Assembly: GCA_031431535.1 (NCBI GenBank)
Contig: JANPDO010000057.1
Location: 1-40,329 of the forward strand
Direction: 5' to 3'
Length of the DNA stretch: 40,329 nucleotides
DNA from: Chloroflexota bacterium
GTDB taxonomy: Bacteria > Chloroflexota > Limnocylindria > Limnocylindrales > CSP1-4
Of the stretch, positions 8,344 to 16,734 are shown one piece after another (position 1 is the stretch's first letter; every line of letters starts with the position of its first letter). The notes under the pieces are model-generated. The model saw nothing but the letters and a program-made list of their open reading frames with translations, had not been told where the DNA came from and made no database searches. Position numbers and translations under genes: made by a program.

Positions 8344-10230
8344 TCAGAGTGCGACGAACACCAGCGCGTCCACGGCGACCGCCAGGAACAGCAGACTCAG
8401 GTAGCTGATCGAATACCGGTACAGGCGGATCGCGCCCGCGGTTGACGCCTCCTCCGACGCGCCGCGCTGCCACAGCCGGTAAGCCTGCCACAGGAAGATC
8501 GCCCCGAGGGCTGTTGCCGCGACCAGGTAGATGGGGCCCATCCGCGCCGCGGCCCACAGGAGCAGTGAGAGGGCCACCATCAGGATCGTGTACAGCCCGA
8601 TCTGACGGGTCGTCTCCGGGATCCCCTTGACGACCGGGAGCATCGGCACCCCAGCTGCCGCGTAATCCTTGCGGATCCGCATGGACAGCGCCCAGAAGTG
8701 GGGCGGCGTCCAATAGAACACGATGGCAAAGAGCAGCAGCGCCGGAATGCCGATCTCGCCGGTCACGGCGGTCCAGCCGATCACCGGTGGCAGGGCGCCG
8801 GCGGCGCCACCGATGACGATGTTCTGCGGCGTCGTTCGCTTCAGCAGGATCGTATACACGACAACATAGAACCCGATCGCGAGCAGGGTCAGGAAGGCGG
8901 CGACCAGGTTGACGAACCAGACCATTACGCCGAATGAGACAACACCCAGGATCAGCCCGAACACGATCGCTCGATCCGGCTCCACCTCATGCGCCGGCAG
9001 TGGCCGGCGCCGCGTCCGGGTCATCAATTGATCGATGTCGCGATCGAGATAGCAGTTGATCGCATTGGCACTCCCCGCTGCCAGGGTGCCGCCGAGCATC
9101 GTCCAGAACACCAGGGCGGCCCAATCGGGCCAGTCCACGCCAGCGGTGGCACCGGGCAGCTCACGTGTCGCCAGCACCATTGCGGGGACCGTCGTGACCA
9201 GCAGCAGCTCGATGATCCGTGGCTTGGTCAGCGCGATGTAGGCACGGATCGTGTCGCCGGTCGTACGCGGCGGCCGCGGCGTAGAGCCGTCGCCGGCCGC
9301 CGAGGCCGGGCCGGACGGAGCTGCGGTCGATTCCCGCGCCGTCAGGTAGCTCGTGACGGTCAGGCCCGCGAGCATCGCCCAGATCACCGCGCCTAGCGCC
9401 AGGTGGAGCGTCTGAGTCCAGGGCTCCAGTCGGGTGAGGACCTGGGCTCCGCCGATGAGGATTTGAACGGAGTACAGGACGGTCGCGCCGACGGCCAGGC
9501 GCACCAGCGTCGGCCGCTCCCGCTGCGTCCGCCAGGCCGCGACGGTGACCGTGAGGACGAGCAAGCCCACCAGGCCGGCCACCCAGCGATGCAGGACATG
9601 CGCCGAGGTCACCTCGGTCAGCGCCGGAACGAGGGAGCCGCCCATCAGCGGCCAGTCCGGGAAGATCAAGGCAGAGTCCGTGGCCGTCACCTGTGATCCA
9701 AAGAGCAGCAGCGCGAAGGTTGCCACCGCCACGAAGGCGGACAGGAGCGTGAACCGCTGGCTCGCTCCGCTGGTCCCGTGCGCTCCAGGAGCCCCGAGCG
9801 GACCGAGATGGCCGGCGCGCACGGCCAGGTAGACGAGCAGACCGACGAGGAGCATCGCGGCCGCCAGGTGGGCGGTGACCGACTCCCCGCTGTTCCCGAG
9901 GCGGACCGTTTCGCGGCCAAGCCACGCCTGGAAACCGACGAGCGCGACCGCGGCCAGGGTCGGCCAGACGATGGACGGCCGGCCTCGGTGATCGCGAAGC
10001 GCGAGGATCGCCAGGCCAAGGATCTCGAACCCGATGACCGCGGCGACGGTCCGGTGGATCCACTCGATCCAGGCCTTGCCGTCACCAGCCGGGGGGAGCA
10101 GCTGCCCGTAGCAGAACGGCCAGTCCGGACAACCCAGCCCGGAGTCGGTGGCTCGCACGATCACGCCGATCGTCACCAGCCCGAGAGCGGTCGCGAGCGT
10201 GAGCAGACCCAGCTTCTGGAAGCGGTTCAT
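8344..10230 (-). CDS. ctaA-ctaB: Fusion protein: heme A synthase (CtaA/COX15) N-terminal half plus protoheme IX farnesyltransferase (CtaB/CyoE, heme O synthase) C-terminal half
   Basis: 628 aa with an ATG at 10230. The N-terminal half has the GCPDWPFCYG Cys pair, then FPDWPLMGG and conserved His residues. An Ala/Ser/Pro linker follows. The C-terminal half has IRAYIALTKPRIIELLL and the UbiA-type Asp-rich motif NCYLDRDIDQLMTRTRRRPLP. Confidence 0.85.
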   Translation of the reverse strand: MNRFQKLGLLTLATALGLVTIGVIVRATDSGLGCPDWPFCYGQLLPPAGDGKAWIEWIHRTVAAVIGFEILGLAILALRDHRGRPSIVWPTLAAVALVGFQAWLGRETVRLGNSGESVTAHLAAAMLLVGLLVYLAVRAGHLGPLGAPGAHGTSGASQRFTLLSAFVAVATFALLLFGSQVTATDSALIFPDWPLMGGSLVPALTEVTSAHVLHRWVAGLVGLLVLTVTVAAWRTQRERPTLVRLAVGATVLYSVQILIGGAQVLTRLEPWTQTLHLALGAVIWAMLAGLTVTSYLTARESTAAPSGPASAAGDGSTPRPPRTTGDTIRAYIALTKPRIIELLLVTTVPAMVLATRELPGATAGVDWPDWAALVFWTMLGGTLAAGSANAINCYLDRDIDQLMTRTRRRPLPAHEVEPDRAIVFGLILGVVSFGVMVWFVNLVAAFLTLLAIGFYVVVYTILLKRTTPQNIVIGGAAGALPPVIGWTAVTGEIGIPALLLFAIVFYWTPPHFWALSMRIRKDYAAAGVPMLPVVKGIPETTRQIGLYTILMVALSLLLWAAARMGPIYLVAATALGAIFLWQAYRLWQRGASEEASTAGAIRLYRYSISYLSLLFLAVAVDALVFVAL

Positions 10231-10320
10231 GGGTCGTCATTCTAGCCGGGAGCCGGTCCGGTCCGGAACTCCGACCGTCGCCCGCAGCATTCGGCTGGCT
10301 TCCCCGCTACGCTTCGGGCC

Positions 10321-11352
10321 ATGCCACCACGCCACGCCGCCTCGGCTCGGTTTGCGCTGGTCACCGCCCTGGCGGCAGTCGCTGCGCTCGCGGCCGGGTG
10401 CGGTGCCACCGGGTCAGGCAGCGCGACCCCGTCGGGCGCCATGCCCACGAACGGGCCGTCCGCCTCGAGCGCCGGCGGCGCGTGCGCCAGTGCACCGGCA
10501 CCATCGGACATGTCCGCCTGGGGGCCACCGGCCACCTCGCCCACCCTGATCCCGGTCATGGTCTCGAACTACATTGGCTGTGGCAGGGCCCGCATCCTGT
10601 TCCTCTACCTCGACGGCGACAACAACGTGAAGAGCGCACCGGACCGTTCGGCGACCGTGTCGTTCTATGACCTCGGACAGGACCCGAACACCGTTGTGGC
10701 AACGGCCGAGGGCGAGTTCGTCTGGACGATCCAGGACGACCGCGGCATGTACATCCTGAATGTGGACCTGCCGCAGGCCGGGACCTGGGGCGCGGAGTTC
10801 ACGACCGAGGCACCGGGGTCCGCGGCCGAAACAGTGCGCCTCACCTTCGAGGTTCACGACGATTCGCCGACAATCGCGGTGGGTGATGCGGCGCCGGCCT
10901 CCGATACGCCGACATTGGCCGATGTTGATGGCGACATCGCCAGGGTCTCGACAGACAAGGACCCGAACCCGGACTTTTACACCACCTCGGTCGCAGATGC
11001 GTTGACCGCCCAGCAACCGTTTGTGCTGGTCTTTGCGACGCCCAAATTCTGCGCCAGCGAGCAATGCGGACCAACGCTCGACCGCGTGAAGGCCATGGCA
11101 GCCGACCACCCGGAAGTCACGTTCATCAACGTCGAGCCGTACAAGCTCCACGAGGTCGACGGGCAGCTCGAGCCGCTGCTGGATGCGACCGGCAACCTCC
11201 AGGCCGCGGAGCCAACGAATGAGTGGGGCCTGCTGGCAGAGCCCTGGATCTTCGCGGTCGATCGGGCCGGGGTCGTGCGTGGCTCGTTCGAACTGACGGT
11301 CACCGACACCGAGCTCGAGGCCGTCATCGCGGAGATCACCGCGGGCGGCTGA
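10321..11352 (+). CDS. Secreted lipoprotein with a C-terminal thioredoxin-like fold (TlpA/Sco-like), atypical C-x4-C
   Basis: 343 aa. Signal peptide plus lipobox (AALAAGC). The C-terminal part (PFVLVFATPKFCASEQCGPTLDRV...VTFINVEP...WIFAVDRAGVV) has thioredoxin-fold topology. It is divergent from ctaA-ctaB. Confidence 0.6.
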   Translation: MPPRHAASARFALVTALAAVAALAAGCGATGSGSATPSGAMPTNGPSASSAGGACASAPAPSDMSAWGPPATSPTLIPVMVSNYIGCGRARILFLYLDGDNNVKSAPDRSATVSFYDLGQDPNTVVATAEGEFVWTIQDDRGMYILNVDLPQAGTWGAEFTTEAPGSAAETVRLTFEVHDDSPTIAVGDAAPASDTPTLADVDGDIARVSTDKDPNPDFYTTSVADALTAQQPFVLVFATPKFCASEQCGPTLDRVKAMAADHPEVTFINVEPYKLHEVDGQLEPLLDATGNLQAAEPTNEWGLLAEPWIFAVDRAGVVRGSFELTVTDTELEAVIAEITAGG

Positions 11353-11361
11353 CGGGCTACC

Positions 11362-11724
11362 TCAGGGCACGTCCTCAAGGCGGACCGCAACGTAGCCATC
11401 TCCTTCGATTCGATACCAGACCCGGACCTGCTGCGCCGTCGCCTGGTGCTCGACAAGATGGCCCGGTGGGAACGCCTCGCCATTCTCCAGGCTCCCGATC
11501 GCGAACTCGACCGTGGATCCACCCTGGGTCCGCAAGGTGAACCCGCGAACCTTGTCGATGCCTCCCGAATTCACGCCGACGACGACGCCGACGACGGACG
11601 TCGCTTCCGCCACAGCAGCAGGGCCAGGTTGCCCGGCCCCACCGAACAGAGCCGCGGCGCCGCCGGTGACGAGGACGACCAGCGCCACGGCGATCGCCAG
11701 CAGGTTTCGGGTCCGCCGATCCAT
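11362..11724 (-). CDS. Hypothetical membrane-anchored protein (121 aa)
   Basis: Internal ATG of track ORF 11362..11838, 6 nt after the vapC stop. MDRRTRNLLAIAVALVVLVTGGAAALFGG is an N-terminal TM anchor, followed by a small beta-rich-looking domain. No family recognised. Confidence 0.5.
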   Translation of the reverse strand: MDRRTRNLLAIAVALVVLVTGGAAALFGGAGQPGPAAVAEATSVVGVVVGVNSGGIDKVRGFTLRTQGGSTVEFAIGSLENGEAFPPGHLVEHQATAQQVRVWYRIEGDGYVAVRLEDVP

Positions 11725-11729
11725 CGCTC

Positions 11730-12155
11730 TTACGCGGGCTCGGCGGCGAACTCGCGCGGATCGATCCGGCGCACCTCCGCAACCAGGTCGAACCCGCGGT
11801 CCGGGCTGATGATCTCCGTGATCCCTTCGTGGACACAAGTCGCCACGTGAACGAGATCACGCGCGTCGAGCGACGGGTACTTGAGCGCGAGGTCGGGAAG
11901 GCGGCGCATCAGCGCATGCGTGATTGGCAGCACCGGCGCGAACAAATCGAGCACATCTCTGGCCAGTTGCCTGGCGATCTCTGGCCGCCGGACCGACAGA
12001 AATCGGTGAACGACCTCCTGGACGACTTCGGTCGATGTGACTCCATCGAGATCGCCCTGCCGAATCAACTGGAGGATCCGGAGCGACGGATCCCGCATTG
12101 GGTGGCTTCCGCCGGCCGCGTACATCGGCACGGCGCTGTCGACGAAGACCGTCAC
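11730..12155 (-). CDS. vapC: PIN-domain toxin VapC
   Basis: 141 aa. Starts MTVFVDSAVPMY (first PIN acidic residue) and has later conserved D residues (LDARDLVHVATC, SPDRGFD). The start overlaps the upstream antitoxin stop by 4 nt. Confidence 0.85.
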   Translation of the reverse strand: MTVFVDSAVPMYAAGGSHPMRDPSLRILQLIRQGDLDGVTSTEVVQEVVHRFLSVRRPEIARQLARDVLDLFAPVLPITHALMRRLPDLALKYPSLDARDLVHVATCVHEGITEIISPDRGFDLVAEVRRIDPREFAAEPA

Positions 12156-12400
12156 CAGCTGCCGAGCTGGCTTTCCATGATCTGTGCCTTCATGACCTCC
12201 CAGTCGTCGACCGGCGCATTCATGGACATGATCGACCGCAGGGCACGATCACGAGAATCCGGTGCGGCCTCCACGAACGAGTCGACCGCCTCGCGGATGA
12301 CCGAACCCACCGAGCGGCCGTCGCGCGCGGCGATCCGCTTTACCCTGGCCAACTGTTCTGGAGAGAGCAGAACCTGGGTCCGTTCGCTGAACATGCACAT
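12152..12400 (-). CDS. vapB: Ribbon-helix-helix (CopG/VapB-type) antitoxin
   Basis: Only the last 82 codons of track ORF 12152..13003 look like a real gene: MCMFSERTQVLLSPEQLARVKRIAARDGRSVGSVIREAV... is an RHH motif. ATG at 12400, with an alternative at 12394. The rest of the track ORF is shadow reading inside pyrD. Confidence 0.8.
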   Translation of the reverse strand: MCMFSERTQVLLSPEQLARVKRIAARDGRSVGSVIREAVDSFVEAAPDSRDRALRSIMSMNAPVDDWEVMKAQIMESQLGSW

Positions 12401-12432
12401 ACCATACCATGTCAGATCGCGCCGCTTCCTCG

Positions 12433-13491
12433 CTACGGCCGGTACTCGACCCCCTTGATCGACGGCTGACCTGGCCTTGCCGGCAGCGCCGTGCCGACAA
12501 GCACGCGATAGGATGCCAGGCCTCGACGTCCGCATTCCGAAGCAAGCTCGTCGACCAGGCGCACGGGCAATGATGGGTCGGCCAGGACGGCGGTCCCGAC
12601 CTGGACGGCGACGGCGCCAACGGCGAGATAGTCGAGGACGTCCGCGAGCTCGCTGACGCCGCCGGCGGCCACGACCGGAATCCTCACGGCCTGGACCGTC
12701 TCGTACACGATCCGAAGCGCGACCGGCTTCAACGCCGGGCCGCTCAAGCCGCCGTAGACCGTGCCGAGCAGGGGCCGTCGCCGGTCCGGAGCCACGGCCA
12801 TCCCGGACAAGGTGTTGATCGCGGAGAGTGCGTCGGCCCCGGCTTCGGCAACGGCCCGTGCGATCGGCCGGATGTCGCTGACGTTCGGCGATAGCTTGAC
12901 CAGCAGGGGCAAGTCGGTCGCGGCGCGGACGGCCGCGGTGACCCCGCCCGCGGCCGCGGCATCGAGCGCGAACAGCAGGCCGCCCCCGCCGGCGTTCGGG
13001 CAACTGAGGTTGAGCTCGATCCCGGCGACGCCGGGCACGCCGTCGAGTCGTCGAACCGTCTCGACATAGTCGTGGACCGACCCGCCGCCGATGTTGACCA
13101 GGACCGGCACCCGCCAGGCTGCCCAGGTCGGGCAGTAGCGCTCGATCATTGCGTCCACGCCCGGGTTCTGCAGCCCGATTGAGCTGAGCAGGCCGTTCGG
13201 CGCTTCGGTCATCCGGGGGGTCGGGTTGCCGATCCGTGCCCGAAGGGTGGTCCCTCTCGAGATGATCCCACCGAGCCGGTCGATGTCGACGGCCTCGACG
13301 TATTCGACCCCGTAACCGAACGAACCAGCGGCCACCATGATCGGATTGGCCAGGATCAGGCCCCGTCCCAGGTCTACCCGGAGGTCAACCTCGGTGGGCA
13401 GTATCGATATCGGCGCCGAGGTCGCTGTGACGGTCAGCCGCCTGGGCGTGGCCGGCCGCTTCATCGCCGAGGTCCGGCGCCGACTCACCAT
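12433..13491 (-). CDS. pyrD: Dihydroorotate dehydrogenase, class 1B catalytic subunit
   Basis: Motifs NPIMVAAGSFGYG, IELNLSCPN (catalytic Cys), GGLSGPALKP and GGVS. Track ORF 12433..13800 is over-extended into pyrK. The ATG at 13491 overlaps the pyrK stop; the ATG at 13464 is an alternative start. Confidence 0.85.
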   Translation of the reverse strand: MVSRRRTSAMKRPATPRRLTVTATSAPISILPTEVDLRVDLGRGLILANPIMVAAGSFGYGVEYVEAVDIDRLGGIISRGTTLRARIGNPTPRMTEAPNGLLSSIGLQNPGVDAMIERYCPTWAAWRVPVLVNIGGGSVHDYVETVRRLDGVPGVAGIELNLSCPNAGGGGLLFALDAAAAGGVTAAVRAATDLPLLVKLSPNVSDIRPIARAVAEAGADALSAINTLSGMAVAPDRRRPLLGTVYGGLSGPALKPVALRIVYETVQAVRIPVVAAGGVSELADVLDYLAVGAVAVQVGTAVLADPSLPVRLVDELASECGRRGLASYRVLVGTALPARPGQPSIKGVEYRP

Positions 13492-14384
13492 GCGCCCTCC
13501 CAGGCGATCTCCTCGGACGCGAAGACCGGTCCCTCGCGGCAGACCCGCTGCGGAGCGCCGGAGGTGGACATGACCACGCAGCCAAGGCAGGCGCCGAGCG
13601 CACAGCCGATCTCCTGCTCCAGCGACACCTGGAGGAACGCCTTGCGGCGAGCTGCGGGCGACCCTGCCGGAACCGGTTTGCCGGCCCCGCGCTTGCGTCC
13701 GAGTTTGGCCACGCCGAGGCGCTCCCGCCGCCCGCCGGCGAACTGGGCCAGTGTGGTCAGGGTCGCCATCGGGCCACAGGCGAACATCTGGTCGGCCCAC
13801 GCCTCGTAGTCCACGACGAGCTCGGTGACTGTGCCGTGGTGGCCAAGAGATCCGTCCTGCGTGGCCACCACGTACTCGACCTCATCGGGCAGCAACGTGG
13901 ACGGATAGACGTCCTCGGCTGACGTGGCCCCGAACAGGAGGGTGACCCGGCGACCGGCCCGGATCGCCTCGTCGATGAGCATCCGCACGCCCCCGATCGC
14001 GGGGCCCTCGGCCACGATCAGCAGGTGTTGACTGCGCGGGTCCACCTCGAAGGGCCGCCCGTACGGCCCGAACAGATCAGCCACATCGCCCGGACGAAGG
14101 CGGGTCAGCCACCGCGCCCCGCGCTGGCCGCCCTGGAAGTGGATGGTCACGATGCCGGTTGCCGGATCCGCGGTATTCAGAGCGAACGATCGACGCATGA
14201 CCGATCCGGCGCCGACCACCCCAGCCGTCCCGCCGCCCACGGCCAGGTCGAGTAGGCCCGTCTGGATGTACTGGCCACCCCGCGAGCCACTCGCGAGTGT
14301 CGGGGCGTGGTACGACTGGAGCCACTGGCCCGGGAGGATCTCGCGACTGTCGACGAGCTCCGCCGAGGCCGGCCGGGTTGTCAC
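13485..14384 (-). CDS. pyrK: Dihydroorotate dehydrogenase electron-transfer subunit (FAD, 2Fe-2S)
   Basis: 299 aa. Ferredoxin-reductase-like body and a C-terminal Cys cluster (CALGACLGCVV...RVCREGPVF). Sits immediately upstream of pyrD. Confidence 0.85.
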   Translation of the reverse strand: MTTRPASAELVDSREILPGQWLQSYHAPTLASGSRGGQYIQTGLLDLAVGGGTAGVVGAGSVMRRSFALNTADPATGIVTIHFQGGQRGARWLTRLRPGDVADLFGPYGRPFEVDPRSQHLLIVAEGPAIGGVRMLIDEAIRAGRRVTLLFGATSAEDVYPSTLLPDEVEYVVATQDGSLGHHGTVTELVVDYEAWADQMFACGPMATLTTLAQFAGGRRERLGVAKLGRKRGAGKPVPAGSPAARRKAFLQVSLEQEIGCALGACLGCVVMSTSGAPQRVCREGPVFASEEIAWEGAW

Positions 14385-15301
14385 GCCGTGGGCTTGCCCT
14401 CAGCGTCTGCCGCGTCCGCCTCGTCGCCGCCCGCCTCGTCGTCGGTTGAGGTCTCACCGTCGCTCGCGCTTCGCTCCGCATCCGGCGCAACGGACGGGAA
14501 GGCTTCGGCAAGCGCATCGGCCAGGTCACCGAAGACATCGGTCGGGTCGTAGAACTCGACCAGCTCCTCGGCGCCATCGAGCGTCCGCCACGCCTCGCCC
14601 GAGTCCTCGGGGATGACCTCGGCCCGGAACGTACCGGCAGCGGTCAGCATGAGCCGCTCATCGTCGTCATCGACGATCACCAGGTCGCCGATCACCGAGA
14701 TCAGCCCCGCCGACGCGGACTCGAAGTCCTCGAGGAGACCCGCTTCGCTGCGCTGGCTGCGCTCCTGGTACTCGAGCGCCAGGTCGTACAGCCGTCGCGC
14801 CGCCGAATCGTCGTCGTCCTCGCTCAGCGAGATCGGCTGGCCGGCGGCCCACGAGTCGGCGGCGGCAGCGTAGGGATCCTCACCAAGCGAGACGGCCTCC
14901 GCGGGCGAGATGCCGGCCGCTTCGTACAGATCGCCCTCGGCGGTTGGCTCAGGCGGCAGTCCGGCGGCCTCCCGGGCGGCTTCGGCAAAGGCGGCGTAGA
15001 TATCGGCGGGGTTGTACAGCTCGACGAGTTCCGCGACGGATTCGATCACCTCGGTCTCACTGACCCACTTGCCGGTGGCGTCGTCGAGGTAGCGGCTCCG
15101 GCTCCGGAATGACAGATCCGGCGCGACCGACAGGTAGTCCGGTTCCTCGTCGATCAGGGTCAGGCCGCCGATCCCCGAGATCCGGTCGCGATGATGGTCC
15201 AGGAACCGGCGCAGCTGTTCGGCGGACTGTCGGATGAAGTCCGCTCGCTCGAGGGCGGCGTCACCCGCAAGCTCTCCGAGCAGGTCGCTGTGGCTGTCCA
15301 T
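14381..15301 (-). CDS. Hypothetical highly acidic protein with an internal ~100-aa duplication
   Basis: 306 aa, very Asp/Glu-rich. Two similar modules: LTLIDEEPDYLSVAPDLSFRSRSRYLDDATGKWVSETEVIESVAELVELYNPADIYAAFAEA and LVIVDDDDERLMLTAAGTFRAEVIPEDSGEAWRTLDGAEELVEFYDPTDVFGDLADALAEA. The stop overlaps the pyrK start by 4 nt. Confidence 0.6.
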   Translation of the reverse strand: MDSHSDLLGELAGDAALERADFIRQSAEQLRRFLDHHRDRISGIGGLTLIDEEPDYLSVAPDLSFRSRSRYLDDATGKWVSETEVIESVAELVELYNPADIYAAFAEAAREAAGLPPEPTAEGDLYEAAGISPAEAVSLGEDPYAAAADSWAAGQPISLSEDDDDSAARRLYDLALEYQERSQRSEAGLLEDFESASAGLISVIGDLVIVDDDDERLMLTAAGTFRAEVIPEDSGEAWRTLDGAEELVEFYDPTDVFGDLADALAEAFPSVAPDAERSASDGETSTDDEAGGDEADAADAEGKPTA

Positions 15302-15331
15302 CCTGGTCGCCTCCTTGCTGTCGGGGAGAGT

Positions 15332-15658
15332 TTACGGGTGATACTCGAGGTCCGGACCCATTCGTTCGCGCAGGAACATCGAATGGTGGCGCTCAAAGAT
15401 CCATTCACCGGCCCGGTGGCCGAGCGCGCGGGTTGCCTCGTTGGCTTCGAGCTTGTCAAGGGTGGCGTAATCGGGCAGATCCAGCAGGATCACGTTGTCG
15501 AAGTCCCAACCGTGGGCGACGTTGAACCAGCCGATGAAGCGGATGCCGAACTTCTCCTCGTACTCCTTCACCTGTTTCGGGAAGATCGTGCGCATGAAGA
15601 ACTTGAAGAACGGGTCTCGGCCGCGGCGAACGCTGAAGTAGGTCGCGAGCACGGGCAC
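15332..15658 (-). CDS. Hypothetical small soluble protein (108 aa)
   Basis: GTG at 15658 is preceded by AAGGAGG 12 nt upstream. The amino-acid composition is protein-like (K/F/E/W-rich) and atypical of shadow ORFs in this GC-rich DNA. No family recognised. Confidence 0.6.
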   Translation of the reverse strand: MPVLATYFSVRRGRDPFFKFFMRTIFPKQVKEYEEKFGIRFIGWFNVAHGWDFDNVILLDLPDYATLDKLEANEATRALGHRAGEWIFERHHSMFLRERMGPDLEYHP

Positions 15659-15800
15659 GTTGCGCCTGGTCCTCCTTGAGCGAACGCTGGGCGGCCCGCG
15701 GCCACCCGGCGCCTATTGTCGCATGGGGCCTCGACGGGAAGCACGTTGTTTGCGCCGCCGCGCAGAAGGGAGCACGCCACTCACCGAGCGCGGCCGGCAA

Positions 15801-16172
15801 TCACGATTTGGGCGGCTGCTCACCATCGGGACCGGTGGCAGAATCCTCGATCTCGCCCACCGTCCTGGTGTCACTGGCAAGGGGGCGGCGGCGGCCTCGG
15901 CGGTCGGCGGCGACCAGTCGAAGCAGGAAGATGATCGTCTGGCCCGTGACCAGCAGCAGCACGATCACGGTGATCATCAATGCCGCGCTGATCTCCGGCG
16001 GCCAGCCCCAGCCAACGCTGAGCGGCGCCAGCACGATAAAGATCGCCAGGACCACGAGCTGGAACCGAAAGCAACCGAGGCCCGGCCCCCGCGCGGGCTC
16101 CAGGTCATCGCCCTTGTACTGGATCGGGCCCGTCGTGCGCGGACGGCGGGGTGGCGTAGGGTCGTCGGTCAC
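15801..16172 (-). CDS. Hypothetical small membrane protein (two TM helices)
   Basis: The C-terminal part of track ORF 15801..16289 has two clear hydrophobic helices (FQLVVLAIFIVLAPL, ALMITVIVLLLVTGQTIIFLL). The start was trimmed to the GTG at 16172 to avoid overlap with the upstream gene. There is no good SD, so the start is uncertain. Confidence 0.4.
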   Translation of the reverse strand: MTDDPTPPRRPRTTGPIQYKGDDLEPARGPGLGCFRFQLVVLAIFIVLAPLSVGWGWPPEISAALMITVIVLLLVTGQTIIFLLRLVAADRRGRRRPLASDTRTVGEIEDSATGPDGEQPPKS

Positions 16173-16198
16173 GGGCGGGAACGATACGGGACGCGGCC

Positions 16199-16711
16199 TC
16201 AGGCCGTGCGCGGGTCCATGGCGAGACCGTCGACGACCTCCACCCCGGGCAGGGCTCGCAGGATCGTGGGCGCCGCGATCACCTTCCACGACCGGGATCC
16301 CCCGCCCAGCACGATCCGGGCCCGCGTCATGACCCTCGCGTCCACCCAGATCGGCAGGCCAGCCGGCAGCCCGAAGACCGTGACGCCGCCCAGCTGCATC
16401 CCGGTGAGCGCCGCGGTCTCCTCAGCTGGCGCGAACGACGCCTTGCGCCTCCCCAGGCGATCGCGAATCGTTCGATTCACATCCAGCCGGTACGGGGCGA
16501 GCGTGACGCAGGCGGCGAACCGCGGCGGATCGGACTTCCCGATCACCACGATCGTGTTGGCCGAATCCTCCGGATCGAACCCGTAGGCGGCGCAGAACGC
16601 CGCCGTGTCTGCCAGCGTCGGGTCGCACGGAAAGAGCTCGAACGGCTCGCCAAGATCGCGCAGGTGCGTCTCGAGCCAGGCTCGGGCCTCGTCGTCGTTG
16701 GCGGCGGTCAC
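16199..16711 (-). CDS. YbaK/EbsC-type aminoacyl-tRNA deacylase domain protein
   Basis: 170 aa. The pattern ...NTIVVIGKSD...ACVTLAPYRLDVN...GMQLGGVTVFGLP...IWVD resembles the YbaK/ProX trans-editing domain. Confidence 0.7.
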   Translation of the reverse strand: MTAANDDEARAWLETHLRDLGEPFELFPCDPTLADTAAFCAAYGFDPEDSANTIVVIGKSDPPRFAACVTLAPYRLDVNRTIRDRLGRRKASFAPAEETAALTGMQLGGVTVFGLPAGLPIWVDARVMTRARIVLGGGSRSWKVIAAPTILRALPGVEVVDGLAMDPRTA

Positions 16712-16734
16712 CCGATGAACGCTACCATCGTCGA

